The translations under genes were made by a program, and so were the position numbers. The notes beneath the pieces were generated by a model. The model was given only the letters and a program-made list of their open reading frames with translations. It ran no database searches and was not told where the DNA came from. A stretch of DNA of 64,000 nt from Chrysemys picta bellii. Taxonomy: Eukaryota. How positions within the stretch are numbered: position 1 is the stretch's first letter; each line of letters starts with the position of its first letter. Positions 13,311 to 24,824 of the stretch are shown here, piece by piece. The DNA is taken from contig NC_088792.1 in NCBI RefSeq assembly GCF_011386835.1, positions 201,686,001 to 201,750,000 on the forward strand, in the 5' to 3' direction.

Positions 13311-14908
13311 TTAGTCCTGGTTGTTAAAATAGAGTTGCAGCATTCCAGGCACATTTTCATCTTTCAGATGTTGACACTGAACACAGAAAAGAACCCCAAG
13401 TTTGCTGAAACTTCTTTCCACATCAGCTGAATGTACAGTCAGTTGGAGGAGAACCACTGCATGTTTTGGCAGGTTGGGAATGCGATCTTCAACAGCCATC
13501 CAGAAGTAAATGGGATCCTCAACGTCTCCAAAACACGTCTTTGGCAATCCCTAGATACATTGACCATTCCATGTTGCATTCATCAGATAGCTTTAATTGC
13601 GGTTTCGCAGTTTCATAACTCAAAGAGGCCCCATCAGTTGACCTATGACTGATTGAGGCAGCATTTCTGTTTCCGTGGCAACCTCCAGAATCCACAGATT
13701 TCTCTCATCCCCTTCCTCTCTTCTCTGTCTTACTGTTCTTTAACACCAAGCTAATTGTTGTTTATTTTTTAGGTAGTATTGTCTCAGTTTATCAGCAGTG
13801 CTTTGAACAGTTGCAGATCCATTCTCATTATGAACTGATGATGCAAGATGCTCCAGTCATGAAATTAAATCCAGGACAATGTTGTACGCTTTGTGTATTT
13901 AGTGTTTGTGGGATTGTAAAACATCCAGTACTGCCACCAGGCATCCACAGTGCTCTGCAATGTATTTCAGGTCAGCGTGCATGTCTTCTACCACTAACAG
14001 GCTGGCTAGTTTCCGCAGAACAAATGTATCCCCATGTTCTGTTTGTTCATGCTCCATGAATCCATGGTAGAACTGGTAGTACTGTACATGGTACTTTACA
14101 CAATTGAACCATGAATGCCACCTGGTCACAACTGGTTCGAGTGGAAGTGTTGGCGAATCAACACTCTGTTCATTCAGGCATCTCAAGAACTCTGCATGTC
14201 AAACTGGAGCTTTCACTAAAAGTGACTTCATCATAGCAACAAAGTGATCCACTTGCTTAAAGGTATCTCACCAAGTTTTTTCAGCCAGAGCAACTATATT
14301 TGCATAGCAATGATTATGTCAACATGCCTAGAAGGATGTACCTTGAGCACCTGAAATAAAATGTTGAAAACTGGTCTATTTTGGAAGTTGGTTGTTTTGT
14401 CGGTGATCACAGAATAGAGTTTCCTTTCAGGTCACTGAGAAAGTGCTGTTTTTCCCTCTTCAAAAGAAGTTGGTAAGTAATGGGAATACAGTTGATTTGA
14501 CTTTGGAATGGCACCGCCTCCCTTAACATGCTTGCTCAAAAAATCTCTGACAACAGGTAAATCCATTTTATGCAGAGGAATGTCTGCTTTTATACACATT
14601 TGAACAAAATCTGAAGTGACACTTTCACGCTGTTCTTTGGCAGTTGTAAAACTCTGGAATGATCCAGTCACAGTGCATTGTTTCTTTACTGTTGCTGATG
14701 GCTCTGCTGTTTCAGCCTCTTGTTTTCATTTCTTTTCATTCAGTTTATGTTTAGCACTTTCCATGTGTTCTACAATTGTCTGCCTTTGAACATAATCTAC
14801 AGTCTTGCTTTGTACAGTACAGAACAGCACATTACCATCAATGTGAAATTTGTCCTTGCCAAACTCAGTGACACAGTCTTTAGGAGTGATTTTTAAAGTT
14901 TTTGGCAT
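13311..14908 (-). pseudogene. Decayed hAT transposase with a CGGBP1-like N-terminal DNA-binding domain
   Basis: N-terminal pieces ITPKDCVTEFGKDKFHIDGNVLFCTVQ..EHMESAKHK and DFVQMCIKADIPLHKMDLPVVRDFLSKHVKGGGAIPKSNQL closely follow vertebrate CGGBP1. Also VITDKTTN (degenerate DETTD), HCYAN (degenerate CxxH), TRWHSW, and C-terminal SADVERSFS (hAT dimerization motif). Multiple stops, frameshifts and deletions. Confidence 0.85.
13619..13757 (+). repeat. Second copy of the 139-bp segment, inside the hAT transposase
   Basis: See 9046-9184. It lies between transposase-like frames ADKLRQYYLKNKQ and SYETAKPQLKLSDECNMEWSMY. Confidence 0.9.
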
Positions 14909-15576
14909 CTTTTCATAACTTTAATTACTCAAGTCTGGAGGCTAAAGTGAAATGTAAGATGTGTTAAACTATGAACCCATAAATGCCGCTAAGAAACCTC
15001 TATACACTGGAAGCAGTTTTCTGAAGTATGTTTAGCTATGTAAATTTAAAGCACATTCAAAAATCAACCAGAAGAAGGGGAAGTTGCGTGCATTGAATAA
15101 GTGACACTGGTACTTTCAGTAAAATTTAGTTAATAGTTAATATGTTTTTATTTTTTTCACAAAATGTAAAAATTAAAGATTCTCTGTAAGTACACAAATT
15201 CTGTGTTTTTCTGCATTTGTCCATGGCAAATGGGTTTCTAGGATCTCTGGTCCTGATTATATTTATTTCCATAATAAATTCTGTTGTTCTAAGGTGGCTT
15301 AAAATGCCTTAAAAATGTAAGTCAGAGATACTGTTACTTTTTCAGTAATTTTTTTTCAACATTTAAAATTTGTTTTAATTTTTCAAGTGACAGTACAGAG
15401 GTGTATATTTCCCCACAATGGTTGTGACAGGAAAGATTATGATCATTGTGAGAAATGGGAAAAGAATACTGTAACTGGAATTAAGCAGGTGGTGCATATG
15501 TGTGAGTTATTGTATCTCTTCAGAATTGAATTGTGGGGGAAGACAGAAGGAGGTCAGTGGAATTCATGGTAATAGG

Positions 15577-16751
15577 TAGGGCCCTACCAAATTTACGGTC
15601 CATTTTGGTTGATGTCATGGTCATAAGATTTTAAAAATCATAAATTTAATGATTTCAGCTATTTCAATCTGAAATTTCCCGGTGTTGTAATTGTTGGGGT
15701 CCTGACCCAAAAATAAGTGTGTGTGTGTGTATGGGAGGGAGGTCGCAAGGTTATTGTAGACAGGGTCGCGGTACTGCTACCCTTACTTCTGTGCTGCTGC
15801 TGCTGGCGGCGACACTGCCTTCAGAGCAGGGCAGCTGGAGAGCAGCAGCTGATGGTCGAGAGCCCAGCTCTGAAGGTAGAGCCGCTGCCGGCAGTAGCGT
15901 AGAAGTAAGGATGGCATGATATGGTATTGCCACCCTTACTTCTGCGCTGCTGCATGCAGAGCTGGGCCAGCCGGCTCCCCAGCTCTGAAGGCAGCAACGC
16001 AGAAGTAAAGGTGGCATGATATGGTATTGCCACTCTTACTTCTGCACTGCTGCTGCCACAGCGCTGCCTTCAGAGCTGAGCACCCGGCCAACAGCTGCCG
16101 CTCTCCAGCTGCCCAGCTCTGAAGGCAGCAAAGTAAGGGTGGCAATACCGTGAACCTCCTAAAATAATCTTGAGACCCCTCTGCAACTCCCTTCTGGATC
16201 AGGACCCCCAATTTGAGAAACACATGTCTCACTGTGAAAACTATATAGCAGTGGTCCCCAACGTGGTGCCCGCGGGTGCCATGGAGCCCGCTGAGGCATT
16301 TATGTGCGCCCGCCTAGTGCCCAGCAGGGGAGAGAAGCTGCAGCCCCACGCCTGCCGGGGACAGAGAACTCCGGGGCTGCAGGCGCCAGTGTTCTCGGTC
16401 CCAGGCAGGTGTGGGGCCACGGCTTAAGCCAGAGAGAAGCCTCGGCCCTGCGCCTGCTGGGGACAGAGAACTCCGGGGCTGCAGGCATCGGTGTTCTCTG
16501 TCCTCGCGGCTTCTCTCCGGATTCATATATTATGTAATATTAAATATGTTTTTCATTTTATTTAATGTACAAATACAAAATAAGCCTTGAAAAATTGTTG
16601 GTGCCCACCACACTCTTCTGAAAACATGAATGTGCTACTGGCCACAAAAGTTGGGGACCACTTCTGTATAGGATAGGATAAAAGCACACAAGAGATCAGA
16701 TATCATGGTCCATGATGCGTTTTTCATGGCCATGAATTTGGTAGGGCCCTA
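15577..16751. mobile_element. Non-autonomous hAT element with alternating inverted internal repeats; hosts a nested MITE
   Basis: TIRs TAGGGCCCTACCAAAT / ATTTGGTAGGGCCCTA; perfect TSD GTAATAGG (15569-15576, 16752-16759); about 6 copies of a GCAGAAGTAAGGGTGGCA-like unit in alternating orientation at 15770-16150. Confidence 0.9.
16249..16663. mobile_element. Charlie-type hAT MITE nested in 15577-16751
   Basis: TIRs CAGTGGTCCCCAAC / GTTGGGGACCACTT; TSD CTATATAG / CTGTATAG (7/8). Confidence 0.85.
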
Positions 16752-17079
16752 GTAATAGGTAATGTTCAGTGGCAGACTGTGGATTCTGGTTTTAGCTGAC
16801 ATTTCCTTGATTTGGGGATCTGCATAGGGAAGACCTTAATTAATGCAACCTTAATTTATAATTGATGAAATTTTTAGGGGGGGGAGGGAGAGGGAGAGAA
16901 AGTCTATACATATATCAACCATACCAAATAATTTGTTGGCTGCAAGTTTGTTATTTAAAACAAAATACTGAACACGCTTAACAGAGTGGCGCAATCCCCC
17001 TGGCGGGTATATTAAAATAATTCAAAATTTTACAGTTTTAAAAGAAAAAACTAAAGGAAAATGCCTGTTTAATTTATGA

Positions 17080-17107
17080 ACACACACACACACACACACA
17101 CACACAC
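17080..17107. repeat. (AC)n microsatellite
   Basis: Directly visible. Confidence 0.95.
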
Positions 17108-20029
17108 TGTCTACACATATTTATATATTATATTTAATGGATCAAACATGGCATGCACGTAACAACTCTGACCACATTATCTTACTGCTGTAACCCCTTG
17201 TTTTTGTTTTGTTTTGCTTTTCTTATTCCTATCATAACATTTGTTGCTATTATGGGGCTTAATACAGGAAATGGGGAGTGAAATTCCATGGCCAGGAGGT
17301 CAAATAAGATCTTCATAATAGTCCTTTCTGGCTTTAAAATCTATGATACTGCAAAGTGAACTGTGTCAGTAGTTCCCTGCACCTGTGTGGAGAGCCACTT
17401 ATTCTAAGAGGGATCTGGACACGCACAGGAGTTTGCCCATGTGATTGTCCTTGCAGGATTGGGGCTTTAGATTGTATGCCTTTTGGTGGGAGCAGGGACT
17501 TACATACTGCAACTGGGGAAACATGGGCAGATTCTTGTGCCCCTGCAGAGCCCCACTGAAGTTAAGAGTCCATCCGTGCCAATCCAATTACCCAACTGAG
17601 GTCTGTGTTTGTATTAGTCTTTAAATGTGTTTTGTATAAATAATACAATAATATTTTATGGCCTGTTTAAACAACTATGTTACTTTTACAATGGTTCATA
17701 TGTTATAAAATGAGTGTTTTCATTGCCCCTCACTTAGAAAAGACATCCCTAAGTAAGGGCAGCACAGAAAATTGCATCTGATGTCACTATAGTTATATAT
17801 ACACTATGGCATCAATTACACTCAACAAAGATACAGACAAGAAATCAGGAATTAAAAATTTTTTTTTTTTACTCCCAATAATAACTGCATCAATGGAATG
17901 GAACAGAACACTATAAACACTGTTCCTGTTTTATACTGAGCATGGTTTCAAAATATTTTTCTATGGAAGAGAGAGGCATTCCTAAAAAATATGGTTTATA
18001 AGTCATTGCCTTTGTTTCAAGTGCGAGGTTTTTGTTTTGGCCTTTGGATACCTGAAACTTGTTTTCTGATACCAACCGTCTTTTGTTTACAGCTCATTGC
18101 TGGGATACTCCCTTTGATTCAGTCTGACCACATGTGACACTCAGCCAGTTTGTGTTCTGCTTTATCCTCTGTGCAGTGGTGCTGCAGCTAAAAATAGCTG
18201 CCGCTTGCCTTGGCTCCACATCTAATTTACAGAAGCTCGCAGAAAAGGCCCCTGTTAGTGGGTGAGCGACATACGATTGTACAGCATGTGCGGTTAGTTC
18301 ACTAAGTGCCTGGAAATACCCCACTGAAATGAATGGGAGTTTGGAGTTGACTTCCGCATGAGCAGGATCAGGCTTAGTGCTATTTATTATTTTATATATT
18401 TTGTTAAATTAAAAAAAAATTCTTAATTAGGAACTTTATCATAGCTGCAAAACATAATAAAATGACATGCTATCTTGTAACTTTTTAAAGTGAAGTTATA
18501 AACATTTACTACTAACACTCGTTCAGAGGAGATTCTTGCCACTTTCTTTTGCTGTATGTTTTACAAAACAAAAACACAAACTTTTAGATTTCCTGTTTAG
18601 GTTTCTTCAGTATGTAGTCTAACAATCATTTGTAAGCCTTCCTTCATGAATCACTGCTTTTAGGAGTTTATAACTTTGTCATAAAAAACTGCCTCAAAAT
18701 GGCATTTTACATACAGTTCTGAAACTGAAAAAAAAATTGGTGTTTGAGTGTTAAAATCTAACAAAATAAGTTAATGTTTTAAATTTTTCTTCCCTTCTGA
18801 AGATGAAAAAAACCCTTAATTTTCTAAATTAAAATTTTGCAGACCACTCATTCATAATGCACAGTGGTGGCATTCTGGAACTAGTTTAAAGGGAAAATTT
18901 CATTAGAAGTAAATAAACGCGGCATACGTAGGGCAACCACATTGATGCAATAGATTTTAATAGCATGAAAGGAGCCAACAAATTTTCAGTTTAGAGATAC
19001 AATAGGAATGAACAGGAGCACCAGATCCCAAATCCCCAAACTATAACTAAGACCTGTTTCTCTTTAATGGACCAAAAAACCATTACTTTGGGGAAAATTT
19101 GAATTCAGGTTTGATTTGCAACTTCAGTCCCTCTTTACTTAAGCTGCTGATCTCTGTGATGCTGTGACTGTTTAGAACCACTATTCGGGGTGGCCACAAT
19201 AAGGTATTTTTTTTTAAATGTTGAATTTTAAGTAATGCACTGAGATACATGTTGGAACAATGTTGTTTTGAAATGTATGTAAAGAGTATAAATAGGTCAC
19301 CTGAAATAAAACTACATTTGAAAACGTAATAAATAAATAAAGGGGGGGGGGGGGAAACGGCAGGCGAATAGCAAGGAGGTAAAAGCCTGTGTAAACAGGA
19401 AACAAAGACATTCTTGCATTCACCCAGACCACAATGTCCTGGATCTCTGTAATCTCTACAATCTCTAGATGAATGCTTTGACCTTGTAACTGATAGCATA
19501 TGGGCAGACTGCTGTGTCCATGCAGACCCCCTCAACTGAAGTCAACGGTTCTCCACACAGGCGCAGCAATCTATTTGCAATCATGAGTTATCAATTGCAG
19601 GATTAGGACCTAAACTGTAGCACAAGTAGAGACATTATTTAGTACACTGCAATGGCTCAAAAGGAACCATCACCCAATCAATGAATCTCACCCTATGTTA
19701 TAGTTTATTAACTGAAAATCTCTTAACAAGATCCTGGAATCAGTCTGTGCTGGCTCCAATAGATCTTCTTATGAAACAGGGTTAAATAACAGTGACAAAG
19801 CATCTACGTTTGTGTGTTTATATGAGAAGTCATTATGGACCATGAATTTTAAAAAGTCTGTAATTGCACTGATAATATTAATTACACAATACACAATGAT
19901 GACTTTCATACACTTGACAGGCCATTTCTTTAGAATATACTAGAGAAAAAAAATATACAACAAAAACTGAGGGACTTAGACCCACAAAAAGAAAGATAGT
20001 CTTAAGAGCAGAATGAAAACATTAAAAAT

Positions 20030-20229
20030 CAAAAAGAAGAACAGGAGGACTTGTGGCACCTTAGAGACTAACAAATTTATTAGAGCATAAGCTTTCGTGG
20101 ACTACAGCCCACTTCTTCGGATGCATACGAAAGCTTATGCTCTAATAAATTTGTTAGTCTCTAAGGTGCCACAAGTCCTCCTGTTCTTCTTTTTGCGGAT
20201 ACAGACTAACACGGCTGCTACTCTGAAAC
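20030..20229. mobile_element. Penelope-like element (PLE) terminal-repeat fold-back
   Basis: Terminal motif ...GACTAACACGGCTGCTACTCTGAAAC; perfect 69-bp inverted arms (20030-20098 / 20127-20195); flanking duplication CATTAAAAATCAA (20020-20032, 20234-20246). Confidence 0.8.
20085..20124 (-). ncRNA. Minimal type I hammerhead ribozyme motif (PLE-associated)
   Basis: Minus strand GCAU CCGAAGA A GUGGGC UGUA GUCCAC GAAA GCUU AUGC: stem I GCAU/AUGC, core C(C)GA-N-GA (U4C variant, extra A after A9), stem II, GAAA, palindromic stem III AGCU. Activity untested. Confidence 0.7.
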
Positions 20230-21255
20230 TTTTCATTAAAAATCAAGGCACAGAGCGTGCACATGAGAGGAGAGTGCATTAACAGCCTGACTTAATGGAG
20301 GTGTTGGTCTAAATTTTATATCCAAACTGTGAAATTCCTTACTCTTAAGAGTTTAAGTAAAGTCTTGAATATTAAAGTTTGTCTTTTTGTAGATGGAATA
20401 GCTAAACAACTTTAAAATTCTGTTTATATTTTTAATTGATAAACATGTACTGAAAATTGTTGGGCTGCCTCCAAAACCACAAATCACTTTGATAGCTTTG
20501 AAATCAATGTTTATCATTGTTTTTACGGCCTCCAGTTCACTGCCTCTATATAGTGGACATAATGACAAGGTTTGAGGCACTGTGTACTGTAGCCTCATAC
20601 TGTAGTTGCCAGAAAGTGAAACAAAACTACAAAATAAGATGTTGTTTTACGATTTAAACTTATAAAGGGGAAGAATGGGGAGAAATGATCATTTCTACAC
20701 ACATCCCAGAGCATATGGATGTGATACATGGTGCTGCTGTAATACAATCCAGAACTTCTTTCCAAAGTCTTACCTTTCAATTCAGAATGTTACCTAAATG
20801 CTTAATAAACAAAGCAGATGGCTAGAAATTATAGAACTTAACTACATGAATATTCAGCTGACTACTTCTTTCAGACTCCCGGCCAATGTGTTGTGGTTGT
20901 GACGTTAGGGTGAAAAATGGCTAACCACAAGGAGGCAGGAATAAATATAAATTTCTAAAGTTATTCTTACTACACCTGTCCACACAACACGTCTGAATTC
21001 ATAACCCACAAGAGTACAGAGGTCAAACTGTATGCCACAAAGAAATTAAGTATGGACAGACTACATTTAGGGTTCCAAATTTTTTTCTTCAATTATGAAG
21101 AAAATAGAATGAATGTTTTCTTCTTGCAATATAGCCAAACAGAAAATGTCTTTTGAAAAGAAATTTTATTTTGTATACAGTAGCACAGAACATTCTTTCA
21201 GCTTATATTTTTAACACCACCTTTTAAAGAAATGTACTACAAAATACATGGATAC

Positions 21256-21290
21256 ATTGCTTCTCGACCTATGTTGCTTCTCGATCAAGT
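21256..21290 (+). pseudogene. Rearranged U2 snRNA 5' fragment
   Basis: ATTGCTTCTCGACCT matches U2 nt 1-15 at 13/15 and GATCAAGT matches U2 nt 25-32 at 8/8, with an internal duplication of TTGCTTCTCGA (21257-21267, 21274-21284). It abuts the Utopia RT frame directly. Confidence 0.65.
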
Positions 21291-23030
21291 CGAGCTATCT
21301 CCAGTGGTCTAGGCGGTTTTGATCTATATGTCAACAGAGTGAATATCCTGTCCTACGCAGATGATCTGGTCCTGATTGCAGACGATCCCAAAAGTCTCTA
21401 ACAAATGCTTGACATCACCAGCCACGCTGCCAACTGGATGGGATTCCGCTTCAATGCCAGTAAGTGTGCATCCCTGCATATCGATGGCAATAGAAAGGAT
21501 TTGGTCCAAGTGACATCCTTCCAGATCCAGGGCGAACCCATGATCTTCCTCGAGGACGGGCAGGTGTACCAACATCTCAGCATGCCGACGGGTTTCTGCA
21601 TCCAGCAGACACCTGAGGATACCATTGCAGAGATCCTACGAGATGTGGCCAGTATTGACTCCTCCTTACTGGCACCATTGCAGAAGATCAACACCTTGAA
21701 CTCCTTCCTGATTCCCCGTATCTCATTCATCCTGAGGGGATCTGCCATGGCAAAGGTACCTCTGAACAAGGCAGACAACACCATCCAGCAGCTGGTGAAG
21801 AAGTGAATGTTTCTTCTCCAGAGGGCCAGCAATGATTCCAAAGGTAAAGAATACAGATCACACTATCATCACTCCGAGAGCTAGAACCATGCTGGAGAGG
21901 ACCCTGAAGGATGCCATCAGCTGCCAATACGTGGAAAACCTGAAATGGAAGCCGGACCAGGGCAAAGCACTCGAGGTGACATGCAAGTGGGATGCCAGCA
22001 ACCTCTTTCTCCACGGCGACAGCTTCACCCAATTTGACAATTGGAGGTTCCTCCACAGGCCTGGCTTAACTGTGTCCCACTGAACAGAGCCGTCTGCCAT
22101 GGGAATCGGGAAAAGCGATGCAGGAAGTGCGGCTACGCCAACGAGTCGCTACCCCACGTCCTGTGTAGCTGCAAGCCCCATTCGAGAGCGTGGCAGCTCT
22201 GACACAACGCCATCCAAGTTCGCCTGGCCAGAGCCATCCCGCCACCTGTGGAGAAGGTTGCCATAAATTCTGCCATCCCCGGAACCAACAGCCAACTGTG
22301 ACCGGAGATCGTCATCACTAACGAGGACCGGAAGAAGATCATCATTGTGGACGTCACAGTGCTGTTCGAGAACAGGACCCTGGCTTTCCACGATGCCTGA
22401 GCTCAAAAGGTAGAGAAATACGCCCCTCTAGCCAAAACCTTGAGAGTTAAGGGTTACCAGGTCCAGACACACACACTGATCATCGGAGCCTTAGGTGCCT
22501 GGGACCCCAGTAACGAGCGAGTGTTGAGGGAATGCGGAATCGGTCAACGCTATGCTCGGCTGATGCGGCAACTCATGGCGTTGGATGCCATCAGGTGGTC
22601 AAGGGACATCAACATAGAACACATCACTGGACATTGGCAATACCAGGAGGGATGAGCTGGAGTGCTGATGAGAAGCACAGTCAGGAAAGTAACTGAAATG
22701 CAATCCATGAGGAAAGTATTTTCTAAATGGACAACCAACCCAATTCTCAATTACTGAGGGACAATCTCCACTCATTAATATATTTTGCTTTCCACAACCA
22801 AATCTCCGTACAACTTTTCATACGTGATGTACCCGAGTATTCAGATTCCAATATCTAAGCTGTATTGTTAAATCTATTCACCTAAATTTGGGTTATTGCT
22901 GATTATGTACTCAATGTATCATATGACTTTTAAAAACTAACTTGGTATTTGTGGATAATCTAAGCACTATACCCAGATGTACAGACACTCTTTTCTACCC
23001 ACAGTGCTATATAAAATAAGCTATATTCAG
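21291..23030 (+). mobile_element. 5'-truncated, internally deleted Utopia non-LTR retrotransposon (RT, CCHC knuckle, restriction-like endonuclease)
   Basis: RT motif VNILSYADDLVL from 21291; CRKCGYANESLPHVLCSC knuckle near 22118-22171; RPEIVI...IIIVDVTV PD-(D/E)xK endonuclease; C-terminus IRWSRDINIEHITGHWQYQEG* ending 22655. Many stops; apparent deletion near 21835; 3' end uncertain (about 23020-23050). Confidence 0.85.
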
Positions 23031-24635
23031 TGCCCTGCTAGATCCTGGAAAATGTGTTGCATATAGTCAATACTCAATATAGAAAAACACCTTGACAAAC
23101 TTTAACCTAGACTTTTCCAGGACAAGTAAGAAACATTTAAAAGAATTCTCCTTTTTTCTTTATCTTTTATCTCTTATCTTATCACTAAACACGATGGTGG
23201 AAATAGGAATGTAAAAAAATCGGTTTAGTCTTGCATTGGTAAACAGCCATTAAGTATTTTGTGTTTTAGCTAGATTGGTAAAAATACGTACTGTCAAGGT
23301 GCTCACAACTGTGCTAACACTAACATAAGAGAAGCAAAGGAAAGAACCAAAGATACCGAATATACTGATGAAATCAGGGCTTAAATAATTACATTTCTAG
23401 GATGATGTGCTACAACCACACAAAGTAGTAGTAAAAGTCCCCCTCACCCCCAGTTTCCCCTATGCTGGCTATCTGCCATGGATAATCTTTGCTATCTATA
23501 CAACAACAACTATGGTTACCAATTCTACAAGCTTCCATGTTTCTCTTATTATATATGTTTTCATACATTAGTGTAATGTTTAAGCGGTTTGACAGCACAT
23601 GCCACTGAGTAAGTATTTTACCAACTCTGTTTTTCACCTATCATCAGCACAGTTGCATACAAAATGCTTATCTAAAAACTACATGCAAGTCTTGCAAAGG
23701 CAACCTCAAGAGAGGAGCTACATAAACATCTTTAAACGTTGGTTAGAGAGGGGAGGTTTTTTCATACTCCTAACAGAGACAGCTATATGGGCAAACTTTT
23801 TAAGTATATGCCAGGCCTAAGACCTCAATTCACCAAGGTGCTTAAGCATATGCTTAACTTTTAAGCATGTAAGTACTCCCAACAAAGTGAACATGGAACT
23901 TAAAGTATTTGCTTAAGTACCTGGCTGAACTGGAGCCTCCAGCTGCTAGTGAGGTCTGATAAAGGTGCATTAAAGTGAGAGGTATTTAGATTGTGTTATA
24001 ATATGATTCAGAGAAGCAGGGAGCGCAAGTACTACAGCCTTAATAGTCATAGATTTACAGAAAATGATACTTCTAAGACTAAATTCAGCCCATCTGTACT
24101 ACATTTGCTAAAAGAATAGATGCCCTTCCCGCATTTGTTCTAAATTTAATAACCACATGCCAGAAATAAAAAGTGGTATAAACAGTCAAGTTTTTATAGG
24201 ATAATCTTTTGAAAACAATTTGCTCTGCAATCTAGGTGCATAGCTGCTGTTGGAAAGCACTTCTCTTTTCCACGACATCCCCATAAGCATCAATATTGCT
24301 CATGGACTTAAGATGTGAAATGTATCGTACATCTTTCACACAAGTTTATACCTAATAAAATTATTCTATAAGTGGCTCCTTGAAGGAGAGGAAAATCTTT
24401 ACCTCTCTGACGTTTTCCACGCAGACCATATTTGCACCAGCAGAGGTAGTCATAGTCCATCTTAAAACAGTTATACATGCCAAAGGCTACATTTAAAAGT
24501 ACCCGATTGGATATTGTACTTGTACCTGGGTCCCATGACTTCAGAGATGAATAGTTTGCTAATTAAAAAAAAGTTCGCTGAACCCAGCAATTTATTTATT
24601 ACATATTGCTCACAGTTCCTTGCACAGAACTTGTA

Positions 24636-24824
24636 CACCTCTACCCAAATATAATGCTGTCCTTGGGAGCCAAAAAATCTTACCGCGTTTTAGGTGAAAC
24701 CGCATTATATCAAACTTGCTTTGATCCGCCGGCGTGCGCAGCCCCGCCCCCCCCGGAGCATTGCTTTACCGCGTTATATCCGAATTCGTGTTATATCGGG
24801 TCACGTTATATCGGGGTAGAGGTG
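24636..24824. mobile_element. Tigger-like MITE, copy 2
   Basis: TA|CACCTCTACCC...GGGGTAGAGGTG|TA. Confidence 0.9.

Larger units (their letters stand above)
12948..15249 (-). mobile_element. CGGBP1-related hAT DNA transposon (deletion derivative)
   Basis: Imperfect TIRs CAGGGATTCTAG / CTAGGATCTCTG; 8-bp TSD GTCATGAT (12940-12947) / GTCCTGAT (15250-15257); contains a fragmented transposase. Confidence 0.88.

Noticed and set aside
23155-23190. TATCTCTTATCTTATCAC, faintly like the U2 downstream target after the 21-kb Utopia
   Set aside because: Low-complexity pyrimidine tract more than 100 nt beyond the 3' end inferred from alignment with the other Utopia copy.
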